From Heterodontus francisci (Eukaryota), in the NCBI RefSeq assembly GCF_036365525.1, contig NC_090395.1:46878136-46942135 (forward strand): 64,000 nucleotides of DNA, given 5' to 3'. Of the stretch, positions 1 to 13,328 are shown in pieces (positions within the stretch are counted from its first letter, which is position 1; each line of letters begins with the position of its first letter). The notes beneath the pieces were generated by a model. It was not told where the DNA came from and did no database searches. It was given only the letters and a program-made list of their open reading frames with translations. The position numbers and the translations under genes are program-made.

Positions 1-119
1 GAAGGCAGAACTAGAGGATGAGTGATTCCAAAAGCTATTTGAAGAGTAGAATATCAGAGGATGCATTAAAGGAGGTATATCCATGGGAACGAAGAGCCAG
101 GAGGTGTTCAGAATCAATT

Positions 120-1767
120 TTTTTTTTATTCATTCATGGGATGTGGGCGTAGATGGCTAGGCCAGCATTTATTGCCCATCCCTAATTGCCCTTGAGAAGG
201 TGGTGGTGAGCTGCCTTCTTGAACTGCTGCAGTCCATGCTTCAGGAAGGGAGTTCCAGGATTTTGACCCAGTGACAGTGAAGGAACGGCAATATTGTTCC
301 AAGTCAGGATGGTGTGTGGCTTGGAGGGGAACTTGCAGGTGGTGGTGTTCCCATGCATTTGCTGCCCTCGTCCTTCTAGTTGGTAGAGGTCGTGAGTTTG
401 GAAGGTGCTGTCGAAGGACCCTTGGTGCATTGCTGCAGTGCATCTTGTAGATGGTACACACAGCTGCCACTGTGCGTCGGTGGTGGAGGGAATGAATGTT
501 TGTGGATGAGGTGCCAATCAAGCGGTCTGTTTTGTCCTGGATGGTGTTGAGCTTCTTGAGTGCTGTTGGAGCTTCACCCATCCAGGCAAGTGGATTCCAT
601 CACACTCCTGACATGTGCCTTGTAGATGATGGACAGGCTTTGGGGAGTCAGGAGGTGTATTACTTGCCGCAGGATTCCTAGCCTCTGACCTACTCCTGTA
701 GCCATGGTATTTGTGTGGCTACTCCAGTTCAGTTTCTGGTCAATGGTAGCCCCCAGGATGTTGATAGTGGGGATTCAGCAATTATGATGCCATTGAATGT
801 CAAGGGGAGATGGTTAGATTCTCTCTTGTTGGAGATGGTCATTGTCTGACACTTGTGTGGCGTGAATGTTACTTGCCACTTATCAGCCCAAGCCTGGATA
901 TTGTCCAGGTCTTGTTGCATTTCTACACGGACTTTTTCAGTATCTGAGGAGTCACGAATGATGCTGAACATTGTGCAATCATCAGCGAACATCCCCACTT
1001 CTGACCTTATGATTGAAGGAAGGTCATTGATGAAGCCGCTGAAGATGGTTGGGCCTCGGACACTACCCTGAGGAACTCCTGCAGTGATGTCCTGGAGCTG
1101 AGATGATTGAACTCCAACAACTACAATCATCTTCGTTTGTGCTAGGTATGGCTCCAACCAGCGAAGAGTTTTCCCCCTGATTCACATTGACTCCAGTTTT
1201 GCTAGAGCACTTTGATGCCGTACTCAGTCAAATGCTGCCTTGTTGTCAAGGACAGTCACTGTCACTTCACCTCTTGAGTTCAGCTCTTTTGTCCATGTTT
1301 GAACCAAGGCTGTAATGAGGTCTGGAGCTGAGTGGCCCTGGCGGATCCCAAACTGAGCGTCACTGAGCAGGTTATTGCTAAGCAAGTGCCACTTGATAGC
1401 GCTGTTGATGACACCTTCCATCACTTTACTGATGATTGAGAGTAGACTGATGGGGCAGTAATTGGCCAGGCTGGACTTGTCCTGCTTTTTGTGTAGAGGA
1501 CATACCTGGGCAATTTTCCACATTGCTGGGTAAATGCCAATGTTGTAGCTGAACTGGAACAGCTTGGCAAAGCGTGCGGCAAGTTCTGGAGCACAGGTCT
1601 TGAGTACTATTGCCAGAATATTGTCAGGGCCCATAGCCTTTGCAGTATCCAGTGCCTTCAGTCATTTCTTGATATCACGCAGAGTGAATCGAATTGGCTT
1701 AAGTCCGGCACCTGTGATGCTGGGGACATCGGAGGAGGCCGAGATGGATCATCAACTTGGCACTTTT
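120..1767 (-). mobile_element. 5'-truncated non-LTR retrotransposon, CR1/L2 (Jockey-group) 'family A', RT domain plus 3' UTR
   Basis: Minus-strand ORF pieces carry RT motifs (PISLLSIISKVME, QFG.RQGHS, GVPQGSV.GP, FADD). The 3' tail AAGGGCAATTAGGGATGGGCAATAAATGCTGGCC ends in an A-run at ~120. Frameshifted, so decayed. Confidence 0.9.
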
Positions 1768-2059
1768 GCAGGGCAAAAAGCAATGGTGAATTTGGAGGTC
1801 ACCATAAGACCTTGGGCCAGGAGGGTGAATTTCTGGCCAGGAACCACATGTAGCTGAAGCTGCAAAACCAATAGGACCAGTAGGACAGTGATAAGCTCAG
1901 CAGATAAGAGCAGCAGTGGGAGATGGGATATAGGCTAGACAAAGTTATTTAAAAATTTAATATGTGATTTCAAAAAATCACAGAATGCCACCAGCCAGGA
2001 TCTTCCCCACCTAAAGCCTTGTTGGTTATGATTTATTTCAGGTTACCAGATATTGATGT

Positions 2060-2730
2060 CAGTGTCGGCTTAGTGATAGACCTCTTACTTTTGAATCAGA
2101 AAGATAATAAATCAAGCTCTATTGCAGTGATCTAAGCACATAATCTAGGCTGACACTTCAGTGAAATACTGAGGGAATAATGCATTGTCCAAGTTGCCGT
2201 CTTTTGAATTAAATGTTAATCTGAGGTCTCATCTACCCTTTCAGGTGAATGTAAAAGATTGCATGACACTATTCAAAGAAGAATAGGGGAGTTTATTTGG
2301 CAACCATAATCGCCAAAACAGGTTATCTAGGTCACTTATCTCATTTCTGTTTGTGGAACCTTTCTGTGTGCAACTCGTCTGTCACACTTTCCTAGAACAG
2401 TGACTACATAACAAGTACTACTGAGGGAGTGCTGCATTGTCAGAGGTGCCACCTGTTCGATGAGGTTTAAATGCAAGCCCTATGAACCTGCTGAGGTGGA
2501 CATAAAAGATTCTATGAAACCTTTTCACAGAAGAGCAGAGAGTTCTCTTCAACAAACAAATTACAGTTATTCATTTCATTGTTGGTTCTGAACCTTGCTG
2601 TTGGCTGCTCTGTTTTCTTATGAGGAGAACAGTAGCACTTCAAAATTAATTTGTTGACCGTGAAGCATGTTAAGGAATTCCTGAAGATGTGAAAAGCTCT
2701 GGACAGATGAAATTTCTTTCTATATGTTCC
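2060..2730 (+). mobile_element. Two adjacent decayed Deu-domain SINE copies (SacSINE1/AmnSINE-like)
   Basis: The Deu core motif TACTGAGGGA...TCAGGTG.ATGTAAAAGAT...GAAGA.CAG occurs at ~2167-2290 and again at ~2419-2545, with an L2-like tail at ~2630-2725. Confidence 0.7.
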
Positions 2731-2959
2731 ACACTTCAGAATATACTGCACAACAATGAAATTGCAGCATCTGCATTCTGAGGTTCATAATTTCAAAACC
2801 AGGTCATTTGATTATGCATTGAGACACCACTAAAGTGGTGGTGCTGCGAGATACTACCAAGCTTGAAAAAAGTAAAAGAGATGACATTAGTTAGAAAGTG
2901 GCAATTAGTAACACAAAGCTTTGTTTTTAAACATTTGTTAAGGCTGTGAGTGTCAAGAA

Positions 2960-3290
2960 AGAATGGCGTTACGGGAGGAGCTAACTGAGGTATATAAAAT
3001 AATTGTTGTCGAAAAATTAAATTCAGAATATTACTTTGAAGTAATCAGAAAAGCTGAAATTGAGAATGTCAATTTAACTGAATGTGAAGCAAAATTAAAA
3101 TAGATATATTATTAAAAAAACTTCTTATTGAAAAAAACTAAATAATTTTCAAGGCAAGATAGTTGAAGGAAATTCGTTGAGATGTTCAAAATACAGCTGG
3201 ATTCTGTATTTGGAGAGTTAGGGCACTGGAGGTTGAGTTACAATGCGCTAAATAGTCTTCAATTGTTTTTGGCTTATCTTGTGTTCTTAT
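2960..3290 (+). mobile_element. Highly decayed CR1 3' fragment
   Basis: Resembles the CR1 C-terminal 'RLRGDLIEVYKI' coding stretch (ttacgggaggagctaactgaggtatataaaat) followed by a 3' UTR-like end (ttatcttgtgttcttat). Confidence 0.45.
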
Positions 3291-3839
3291 ATGTGGTTGG
3301 CAGACTCGGCTGTTTGTTGTCTGCTGTTGTTCTAGAATTGACTGAACATTTATGGCTGATCAATATATGGTGATGATTTTTTTAATAATGTATCGTCCAC
3401 TCAATATATGTATAAACAATATACAGCTTTGAAAGCGACCAGCTCTTGGATGAAACATGCTCATATATAATTTAAGAAAAGTATATTTTATAATCTCTGT
3501 TATTGCTTCTTTTTAACAGTTATTAAGATTATTTTCCTTTTGTTACGTTTGAGTCAGTTCTAGCCCAGTTATAATTGATTTGATCATTTTTTTAATGCAC
3601 TTTTTTTCCCCCTTGGAACACAAAGTAAAGTGATCTAGCAAGTGCCGACTGATAACACATTTCATTAAAAGTAATTTAATTTAAAGCTAAAATCTCTGTT
3701 GAGTTCACACTTACAGGAAGTGTTTAAGAGCCACAGATTCAATAATTACAAGACTGACATGTGAAGTAACATGAATTATGTTAAAACCAGGAATTTTTGC
3801 AGAGCTTCTATCGCTCTGTTGCCTTAATTTTACCAGAAG

Positions 3840-4775
3840 TTTTTTTTCATACTGATTCGGGGGAAGTGGGTGTCGCTGGCTGGGCCAACATTTATTACCC
3901 ATCCCTAATTGCCCTTGAGAAGGTGGTGGTGAGCTGCCTTCTTGAACCACTGCAGTCCTTGGGGTGTGGGTACACCAACAGTGCTGTTAGGAAGGTGTTC
4001 TAAGATTTTGACCCAGCGATAGTGAAGGAATGGCGATATAGTTTCAAGTAAGGACGGTGTGTGGCTTGGAGGGGAGCTTGCAGGTGGTGATGTTCCTATG
4101 TACCTGCTGCCCTTATCCTTCTAGTTGGTAGAGGTCGTAGGTTTGGAAGGTGCTGTCGAAGGAGCCTTGATGAGTTGCTGCAATGCATCTCGTTTACGGT
4201 ACACACTGCTGTCACTGTGCGTCGGTGGCAGAAGGAATGAATGTTGAAGGTGGTGGATGGGGTGCCAATCAAGTGGGCTGCTTTGTCCTGGATGGTGTTG
4301 AACTTCTTGAGTGTTGCTGGAACTGCATCCATCCAGGCAAGTGGAGAGTATTCCATCACACTCCTAACTTGTGCCTTGTAGATGATGGACAGGCGTTGGG
4401 GAGACAGGAGTTGAGTTACTTGCCACAGGATTCCCAGCCTCTGACCTGCTCTCACAGCTAGAGCATTTATGGGGCTAGTCCAGATCTATTTCTGGTCAAT
4501 GGTGACCCCCAGAATGTTGATAGTGGGTGATTCAGCGATGGTAATGCCATTGAACATCAAGGGGAGATGGTTAGATTCTCTCTTGTTTGAGATGGTCATT
4601 GCCTAGCACTTGTGTGACAGGAATGTTGTCCAAGTCTTGCTGCATCTGGACATGGGCTGCTTCAGTATCTGAGGAGTCACGAATGGTGCTGGACATTATG
4701 CAATCATCAGCGAACATCCTCACTTCTGACCTTATGTTGGAGGGAAGGTCATTGATGAAGTAGCTGAAGATGGTG
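3840..4775 (-). mobile_element. Family A LINE 3' fragment
   Basis: ORFs read QRLGILWQVTQLLSPQ..IYKAQVRSVMEYSPLAW and FINDLPS..FADD. Same 3' tail as the copy at 120-1767. Confidence 0.9.
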
Positions 4776-6123
4776 TGGTAGAAACAACTGTTACTGGGTA
4801 GTATCATAGTGCTTGCTGTTGTAATCTGGAATGCCAGTTGCTGAAGGATAGTTCTGAAGCCAATCTTTACTCAGTCTTACATTACAAACATACACTTCCT
4901 AACTCAGCTACCCCACTGTTTCAATAAGTGTCTCTTTATATGTGCTCAAGTGAAACTCCAATTAATTTCGACCACCTGCATACAATTAAACACAATTAAT
5001 ATACAATTGACACTTGTTTCTTGCCTAGCCCTACTTTTCCTACTTGTTTAATGAGCCAAAGTGTTCTTTGTATTGGTTTGCACTTAAGTCAGTGGGACAT
5101 TTTTGAAGAAATAGCTTAAAATGTCTCAGTTTTGACGTGTGAAGCCTTACTAACAGGTTTGAAATGCAAAACTTTTAAATATGTAGATTAATATCCATGT
5201 ACAAGTCATATCTCTAAATCCATTTTGTACTCTGTTTTTAGAATAACGGGGAAGGGGAAAAGAATTACACTGGGAAAAATATAAAAATTGATAAAACTAC
5301 ATACAGACAAGAAGCTTTTTGTATTCTATTGAGTGATCTCTTCTTACCATTGTTTTACTGACATAGTCAAAACAAGTTTTAAGTGGAGGCTTTATATGTC
5401 ATTATGTAATTTGTAGATATTGTTAGCAACCTATTGACACTATCACACCTGCCAAAACACACAGGAAAACAAAAAAAAAAATCAACATAGGTTTATTCAC
5501 CCCCTTGGATGGAACAGTTCAATGTATTTTCTACAGAATGGCTTTACATGGTAGACAAATTCTAAATTTTCAAACTATTTCTTCTGGCTTGATGGATATC
5601 AATATTAAAAATGATGTTTCAATTGTTTTTGGGCTATATCTATCCAATGTATTGTAAGAAATCTCTGTGGAGATCTAAGTGGGGATTTTAACTTCTTGTT
5701 AATGGGGCAGTGGCAGCATTAAAACCAAGGCAGTTGATTTGCCACGCAGTTGGATGGCCCTGGAACCTGAATCAGCAGGGAGCCTCATGAATCCATGCAA
5801 ATCAGGGCGCCAGGACATAAATAGAACCCTGAAGCAATTTTAACCTATTGACTGGACAAAGTGTGTGCTGTGGATGTCCTGATGATTGAAACCTGATGGG
5901 AAAAGGTAAGTGAAATTATTGCTGTTGGGCCAGGAGTGGAAAGATATACCACTGATTAGAAACAAACAATCTGCTGAGACCACCACCCCCCTCCCCCCCA
6001 CCACCCCCTGCTGGCTATGGATTCCTCTTCAAATACAATAACAAAAACTCAAGACAGGACGATTCCAAAATAAAGATGGTAGCATAGAAAACAGAATAAT
6101 CCAAATACATGCAAAAGTCATGG

Positions 6124-6454
6124 AGAGATACAGCACTGAAACAGGCCCTTCAGCCCAACGAGTCCGTGCCGACCAGCAACCACCTATTTATACTAATCCC
6201 ACATTAATCCCATTTTTCCTCTCACATCCCCACCTTCCCTCAATTCTCCTACCACCTACCTACACTAGGGGCAATTTTTATAATGGCCAATTTACCTATC
6301 AACCTGCATGTTTTTGGGCATGTGGGAGGAAACCCGAGCACTTGGAAAAAACCCACCCGGTCACAGGGAGAACTTGCAAACTCCGCACAGGCAGTACCCT
6401 GAACTAAACCTGGGTCGCTGGAGTTGAGGCTGCGGTGTTAACTACTGCGCCACT
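6124..6454 (-). mobile_element. HE1-like V-SINE
   Basis: Reverse complement of the tRNA head, V-domain (GTGCGGAGTTTGCAAGTTCTCCCTGTG) and CR1-type tail (GAAGGGCCTGTTTCAGTGCTGTATCTC). Confidence 0.9.
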
Positions 6455-6709
6455 CAAACTTCATTCTCACCTCACAGTTTTTTGCTGCTGCCCCATCAAC
6501 CCAGAATTTCTCCTCCTCATTCTGACCTTCTGTGCACACTGCCCTCTACTAGGCTTGCTGGCCAGCTGTTGAGAAGGTTACAGAAATACGATACGCAGTC
6601 CCAAACTGTGACTTAAACATGTGCCCAATTGTTTTTTTCTGCTGTTTTTGAAGCACGCAGTAATATAAAAGTGCCACTAACTTGTGGTTCACTCTTGAGA
6701 ATACCTATT

Positions 6710-7363
6710 GGGCTGGAATTTACCTTAGGTGGACAGGAAAACACCACTTGCGTAGAAGTCCGGTATTTTACAGGTCCCCAGGCTTTAACTGTCCCGAGGC
6801 GGGACTTCCACCCACATGAGGGAGGAAGTCCCGCCTCATTGAGCTGCCAGCCAATCAGTGGGCCGGCAGCTCTTAATCCCAGCAGCGCCACCAAGAGTGG
6901 TGGCCACTGCTGGGACTGCAGCCCAGCCGACCAGATGGAGCTAGGAGATCAGTCCTTCCCTGGTGAGGCTGGAGTGGTCGTTTGGGGGAAGGGGGGCATC
7001 TTAGAACCCAGGGGTAGGTTGGGAGGTGGGGGCGGCACAATCAGGCACTTGGCCTCACTCCCCACCTCCCCCCCCCCGGCGCTCAGAAAGGCCGGCAGCT
7101 ATTGCTGGGCGGCCTTTCACGTCCCCAGCATGCCCGCTTGCCACGGGTAAAATACTCATGGAGGCGGGCGAGAGCCCTTAAGTGGTCGTTAAGTGGCCAC
7201 ATAAGGGCCTTGATTGGCCTCGGGCGGGCAGGCAGTCCCCTCCCCACCGCCCGACGTCATAAAGTTGACCAGAGGCAGGAGCGGGGCAGGTAGGTTCTCC
7301 TGGAGCCTCCCGCTCAATTTTACGCTGCCATCCAGCCCACTGGAGCAGCATAAAATTCAGCCC
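6710..7363. mobile_element. Non-autonomous PIF/Harbinger element (MITE)
   Basis: TIRs GGGCTGGAATTTA / TAAAATTCAGCCC, with a 3-bp TSD ATT at 6707-6709 and 7364-7366. Confidence 0.85.
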
Positions 7364-7456
7364 ATTGTATCTGATGGTTTATCAAATAAAAACCTAAAGG
7401 TTATGGGAGAAAATCTTCCTGTGAAGCCTGTCTAAGTCATTTTTGAGTGTAACTTT

Positions 7457-8340
7457 ACAACAACAACATGTATTTATATAGCACCTTTAATATAGTAAAG
7501 CATCCTAAGGCACTTCACAGAAATGTTATCAAACAAAATCTGACACTGAGTCACATTAGAAGATATTAGGACAGATGACCAAAAGCTTGCTCAAAGAGAT
7601 AGGTTTTAAGGAGCATCTCAAAGGAGGAAAAAGAGGAAAGAGAGGTAGAGAGGTTAAGGAAAGGAATTCCAAAGCTTGTGTCCTTGGCAGTTGAAGGCAT
7701 GACCACCAATGGTGGCGTGATTAAAACCTAGGATGCTCAAGAGCCCGAATTGGATAGCTCTGAGGGTTGTAGAGCTGGAGGACTTTACAGAGATAAGAAG
7801 GAGCGAGGCCATGGAGGGATTTGAAAACAAGGATGAGAATTTTACTATCAAGGCATTGCATAACTGGGAGCCAATGTAGGTCAGTGAGCACAGGTGTGAT
7901 GGGTGAACGGAACTTGGCGTGAGTAAGGATGTAGCAGAAGTTTGGATGGTATTAACTTTATGGAGTTTACAGGGAACATGGGAGGCTGGTCAGGAGTGCG
8001 TTGGAACAGTCAAGTCTAGAGATGGAAAAGGCATAGATGAGGTTTTCAGTAGCAGATGAGCTAAAGACAGGGGCGGAGTCGGGCAATATTATGTAGGCAG
8101 AAGTAGGTGGTCTTAGTGATAGGGTGGATATGTGGTTGGAAGCACATCTTGGGGTCAAATATGAAACCAAGGTTGCGAACAATCTGGTTCAGCCTCAGAC
8201 TGTTGCCAGGGAGAGGGATGGAGTCGGTGGATAGGGAACGGAGTTAGTGGAGGGGACTGAAGAACATGCCTGGGTCTTCCCAGTATTTAGTTGGGTGGAA
8301 ATTTCTGCTCATTCAGTACTGGATGTTAAACAAGCAATCT
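7457..8340 (-). mobile_element. L2-clade LINE 3' fragment
   Basis: Minus ORF LIYAFSISRLDCSNALL matches the L2 RT C-terminal motif. The tail is ...ATATAAATACATGTTGTTG. Confidence 0.8.
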
Positions 8341-9245
8341 TTGTGCATATTGAGGAAATCTACCACCCTGATTTAAGTACATTACCAAGACATTTCGTAC
8401 TTGCTATATGGAAAAGTCAGAAAACTGTTGCAATAATTATACTAACAAATGTAACAAGCTCATTAGCTCTTCAAACAACTACATGCTATTGTACAGACAG
8501 AAATGGCTGACTAAGGATCCATTTTAAGGATGCCCACATGTATAGAACTTGACATTTTGAAAGAGTAAAATGCATTATAGAAAAGTTTACTGCTTAAATT
8601 ATCCCTTTGTGTATTTCCCACTATTCACAGACATGAATTAAAAAATCACGGGAGGTAACCAATACAATCTCCAGGGAAAACCATACCTGAATGGACATCA
8701 GAAAGCATCTTGGTGGTAGCATCAGAGGCAAAGATCATAATTATTGCCAGTAACACAAAACAATGGGTGGTGCAAACTCTAGAGAGGAGCTTCTCACCAT
8801 GTAGTTATAGGAGGAACTGAGAGCCAATGAACTGCAATTAACAGTGACTGATAATAACAGTGTCTCTGTTTGATCCTAACATTTTTAGTACACAATTCAT
8901 ATATGATTAAACATATTATTCATACTAGATATTTACATCTAAATGCAATATCCCTGAAATAGCAGTATTGCCAATGTAGGGTTGCAGCTGCCCAGGGTCC
9001 TGCTGTGTGGCAGGTCTGCCCATAAGTTGCAAGGTTAGCTCTCCCACCAATAAGTAAGATTCCCAGCACCTTTTTGAACTGTAGTTATTGTCATAATGTA
9101 GGAAACACAGCAGTCCATTTGTGCACAGTTTCCACAAAAAGCAATGAAATCAATGACCAGTTCATCTGTATTAGTAATATGGGTTGAGGGGTAAATATTG
9201 GTCAGGACATCAGGGAAACTTTGCCTGCTCTTCTTCAGTTGGTAC

Positions 9246-10226
9246 TGTTAGGACCGAGGCGGGAGGAGTGCACTGTCCTTTCTAGTTCCACTTCTCCACA
9301 GATCGCAACATATATTTTTAAATGTTACCCAGTTACCAATATGGTCAATCATATACTCGACTCTTCATCCCAGAATAAAATACACCAAGCAGGTTTCTTT
9401 AATAAACAACAAAATTATCAGTTTATTATAAAACAAGACTTATCTAGTAAAGAAGCAAAGCATTAACTCACAGATTGAAATATGAAAATTCCCTTTTTAA
9501 CCCCACACACAAACTCACGCACACACTGAAAAAAAAATTCTCTCTGCAGAGCTCTGTTACAAAACAAAAGACAAAAAAATAATTTGGCCAAATACTTGCT
9601 AATTCTTGAAGAAAAAAAAAGAGATGTGGAAGGATGGCAGTTTTCCCTTTTGGTCTGGCATTCAGGTATATGGTGACAGGTCACTGGGATCTTTTCTAGA
9701 GCAGTTCTTTTCAGGCAGCATCAAGGATTAATCTGGCAGGCCTTCCAGGAGCATCTCAGGAGAAATCCTGCTTCAGTTTATCTATTTCTTACACTTGATT
9801 CTCAGGGCTTGTTAAAGAGATGGAAGGATAAGCTGGTAGTGGCTGCTTTCTGGTAGGCTTTTCTGCAACTGCTTTCAACACAGTCCACACCCCAACTGAA
9901 ACAAAACAATATCTCAGAAGCGAAACCAAACAGCAAGACAAAACCTCCTGACCCTCATGAATCATGACATGTCATTTCTCTGTAAACAGCTTCCCCAGGT
10001 CACTTATTTATTGAGCTGAAAGCATGTGATTTCCAATAAAAGGTCGTTTGCAAATAAGACCTCTCAGTGACCCTTGTAAAAAAAATATGTCCATGGAGTC
10101 TTTTCAACAAACAAATTTCAAGAAACTATGAAATCTTCAACCTTCCAAAAATAGAATCTATTTCCACAATTTAAATATGAATCCCCCAAAAAATATTTTA
10201 CAGAAAATGAAAGCACTTTCATAACA
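9246..10226 (-). mobile_element. Solo LTR (Gypsy/ERV-type)
   Basis: Termini TGTTA...TAACA with a perfect 4-bp TSD GTAC (9242-9245, 10227-10230). AATAAA signal on the minus strand. Confidence 0.85.
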
Positions 10227-10265
10227 GTACCATTGGATCTTTTACTTCCACTTGAGGGGGCAGAC

Positions 10266-11275
10266 ATACAAACATACATTCAATCATACGAATTAGGAGC
10301 AGAAGGGCGGCGCAGTGGTTAGCACCGCAGCCTCACAGCTCCAGCAACCCGGGTTCAATTCTGGGTACTGCCTGTGTGGAGTTTGCAAGTTCTCCCTGTG
10401 TTTGCATGGGTTTCCTCTGGGTGCTCCGGTTTCCTCCCACATGCCAAAGACTTGCAGGTTGATAGATAAATTGGCCATTATAAATTGCCCCTAGTATAGG
10501 TAGGTGGTAGGGAAATATAGGGACAGGTGGGGATGTGGTAGGAATATGGAATTAGTGTAGGATTAGTATAAATGGGTGGTTGATGGTCAGCACAGACTTG
10601 GTGGGCTGAAGGGCCTATTTCAGTGCTGTATCTCTAAATAAATAAAAATAAAAAATAAAGTAGGCTATTCGGCCCCTCTAGCCTGCTCTGCCATTCAATA
10701 GATCATGGCTGATCTGTTTGTGTCTCGAATTTCACACTCCCATCCAAACCCGATAACCTTTGATTCCCTTGCCTAACAGGAAACTATTTACCTCCACCTT
10801 AAAAATATTCAATGACCCCACCTTCTGAGGCAGAGAGTTCCAAAGTCGCACCACTCCCTGGGAGAAAAAAATTCTCCTCACCTCTGTCCTAAAAGGGCGA
10901 CCCCTAATTTTAAAACACTGTCCCCTCGTTTTGAACTCACCCACAAGAGGAAACAACCCTGTCAAGGCCATTCAGGATCTTATAAACTTCGATCAAGTCT
11001 GCCCTCACTCTTCTAAACTCCAGTGAAAACAAGCCCAGTCTGTCCAACCTTTCCTCATAAGACAACCCACTCATTCCAGGTTATCAATCTAGTAAACCTC
11101 CTTTGAACTGTCAAACACATTTGCAACCTTCCTGAAATAAGGAGACCAAAACGGCACACAGTAATCGTGACATGGTCTCACTAATGCCCTATATAACTGA
11201 AGCAGAACATCCTTATTTCTATTTTCAATTCTTCTTGTAATAAAGGATAGCATTCTATTAGCCTTCTTTACTATT
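10266..11275 (-). mobile_element. CR1 (HER1-like) LINE 3' fragment, interrupted by an HE1 SINE
   Basis: ORF 10732-10971 reads LFPLVGEFKTRGQCFKIRGRPFRTEVRRIFFSQGVVRLWNSLP, the CR1 C-terminus. Short-repeat tail at 10266-10290. Confidence 0.85.
10305..10659 (+). mobile_element. HE1-like V-SINE
   Basis: GGGCGGCGCAGTGGTTAGC A-box head, GGTTCAATTC B-box, V-domain and (TAAA)n tail. Confidence 0.92.
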
Positions 11276-11356
11276 AAGACAGAACCTTGTTTTTTTGTCT
11301 CATCTGAAAGGCCGCACTTCTGATAGTATAGCTCTCCCTCAGTAGTGCACTAGATT

Positions 11357-11761
11357 GGGCTGAATTTTATGGACCCCATAGGGACGGAGCAACTCATAAA
11401 ATTGCGAGGGAAAGTGGAGTGGGGGGGGGGGGGGGGGGGGCGGGCAGCAGAGTGCCTGTCGCCTTCCTGATGCCCTGGAATTTAGTCCAGGGTGGGGAAG
11501 GCTGAAGACGGCCTTCCTGCCCAGAGACCAGGGCCCTCTTTCTGCCACCACGGGTATTACACCAGTGGCTGGGGAGAAGTTGGGGGGGAGGGGGCTCCGC
11601 CACATGGGGAGGTCACCCTGTAAAACAAAGCGGCCTCACTGCGGGCTGAGGTTGGGGGAGACCTCCTCTGTGGACATTCTGTGGCCCATGAAGGGCACTG
11701 GGCAGCAAATGCCTTTTGGGCCCAGTGTCCAGACCCCTGCTGGCTCCATAAGATCTAGCTC
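11357..11761. mobile_element. Harbinger-type MITE
   Basis: Left TIR GGGCTGAATTTTATG and degenerate right TIR CATAAGATCTAGCTC. Interrupts the Deu SINE. Confidence 0.7.
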
Positions 11762-12382
11762 CTTGTGCACAAGTCTCTGGAGTGGGGCTTGAACCCACAG
11801 CCTTCTGAGTTAGAAACAAAAGTGCTAACACTAATACCTACTTTGGAAGCTAGGTCAAGGATTGGCTAGAGAAGGGTTGGGATGGGGATTTCAATGGGAC
11901 AACATCTTTAAAAGTCCAGCCGCTTGCCCTGAGAAGAGAGGGCTTGTATATTTTCAGAAAAAAACAAGTGGAATACATGGAAGAAGCAATGTGGAGAGAA
12001 TTGCCCTTTTTTGGGGAAGATGAAATATGGGTGCTCATGAAGGAGGTAGAGCAAAGATGGTGATGCTCTTTAGAAAAGAAGGAAATTCTCCAGTGAAAAC
12101 AGAGGTGCAAGCTGCATGAATGGAGGAAGCAAGTGAGTATTGCATATCTGAAGGACTTGGATTCATAAAGGAAAATGCTTAATACAATCAAGAATACTGT
12201 GGTCAGCTTTGCATACTTCATGAAAATTGTGAGTTGCAGCATCCGAAGGGATGTACCATGCAAAGCATCTATTCAAGCTCTCCTCCTTTCTGCACAATTG
12301 CAGAAAAGCTCCAGGATACAGTCAGAAATAAAAGTTGAAAGATGTGCTCTGAACCGCTACTGCCACCACAACCTAAATGTAT

Positions 12383-13328
12383 TGTTATGACCAAGTGACA
12401 AAGGTGTCTAGGGGTCCCTTTCACCTGGTCTTATTGTAACAGGGTTTATGTTTTTAAACACATTGTGTTGTTAGCTCCTGCTTGGTGAATTCTTGTTTAC
12501 TGCTTTCCAAATATAAGGCAAAGAAATGAGCACAAACAGGCTTTCTTAGGTTTAAAGAAGAAAAATGAAATTTATTAGAACTTAAACTCCAATTCGGTTA
12601 ACACCTACGGATACACGTCACGCCAGCAGGCATACGCGATACGCACATGCAAACAGAGACAGAAAGGAGCAGAAGAAAAATCAAGTTGAGAGATTTGAGG
12701 CAATCTCTGAAGAGTTTTGTTTTGCTGCTGTGCTTCGAGCTCACTGTAGTTCTTCCCTGTAGGTAGATCTTGCTTTTCGTTGGGGCCCAGTATTCTTCTT
12801 AAACCTTGTTCACTGTAGGAGACTTTTCTCTCTTGGGGTTCAAAGGTAAAGGTCTTCAATGGTTTCCGAAGCTGATGAGAGAGATGAGAGCCAACAGGAG
12901 AGAGGCGGCGACAAGCCAGCCACGAGAGCAAGGTCTTTTCAGTCCAGGAGCAAACAGATTTCTGACTTCAAATTCTGTGTGGCAAGTTCAAATTCAAAAA
13001 GCTCCAACAGCCAGTTAGTCATTTGACTAAACTGGTCTGACCAAGTCTGGTTGTGTATTCAGCCATCTTAGCAGTTAACCTGGAATGTTAGTTTCTCCAC
13101 TTTCAACGTCTGGTAATCAAAAGTCCATTGTGGATTAAATTGGAGCAGGGAGTGGCCCCTTTGTCCTTTCCAAGCGCTGTCTGTTACTATGCAAATGCCT
13201 TTCCAGTCAGGGGCTTGGCAACCCCTTGTAATAGGCCTTTTTTTCTTCCCAGCAACAATTTTAAAATTTAATGTCCATATGGTGAAATATATGTGCCTCA
13301 TTCTTGGCAGGTGGGGGTCTGCACGACA
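12383..13328 (-). mobile_element. 3' LTR of a truncated LTR retrotransposon
   Basis: On the minus strand TGTCGTGCA...TCATAACA, immediately preceded by a purine-rich PPT-like tract (GGGTGTGGAGG). Same architecture as the other LTRs in the window. Confidence 0.75.

Larger units (their letters stand above)
9065..11835 (-). mobile_element. Single Deu-domain SINE split into pieces (9065-9245, 10231-10265, 11276-11356, 11762-11835) by nested insertions
   Basis: The pieces join colinearly into the same Deu SINE sequence seen uninterrupted at 47995-48250 and 63480-63900. Confidence 0.75.

Noticed and set aside
11860-12370. Very old LINE 3' remnant on the minus strand
   Set aside because: Only a faint resemblance to LINE C-terminal motifs, too decayed to call without an alignment.
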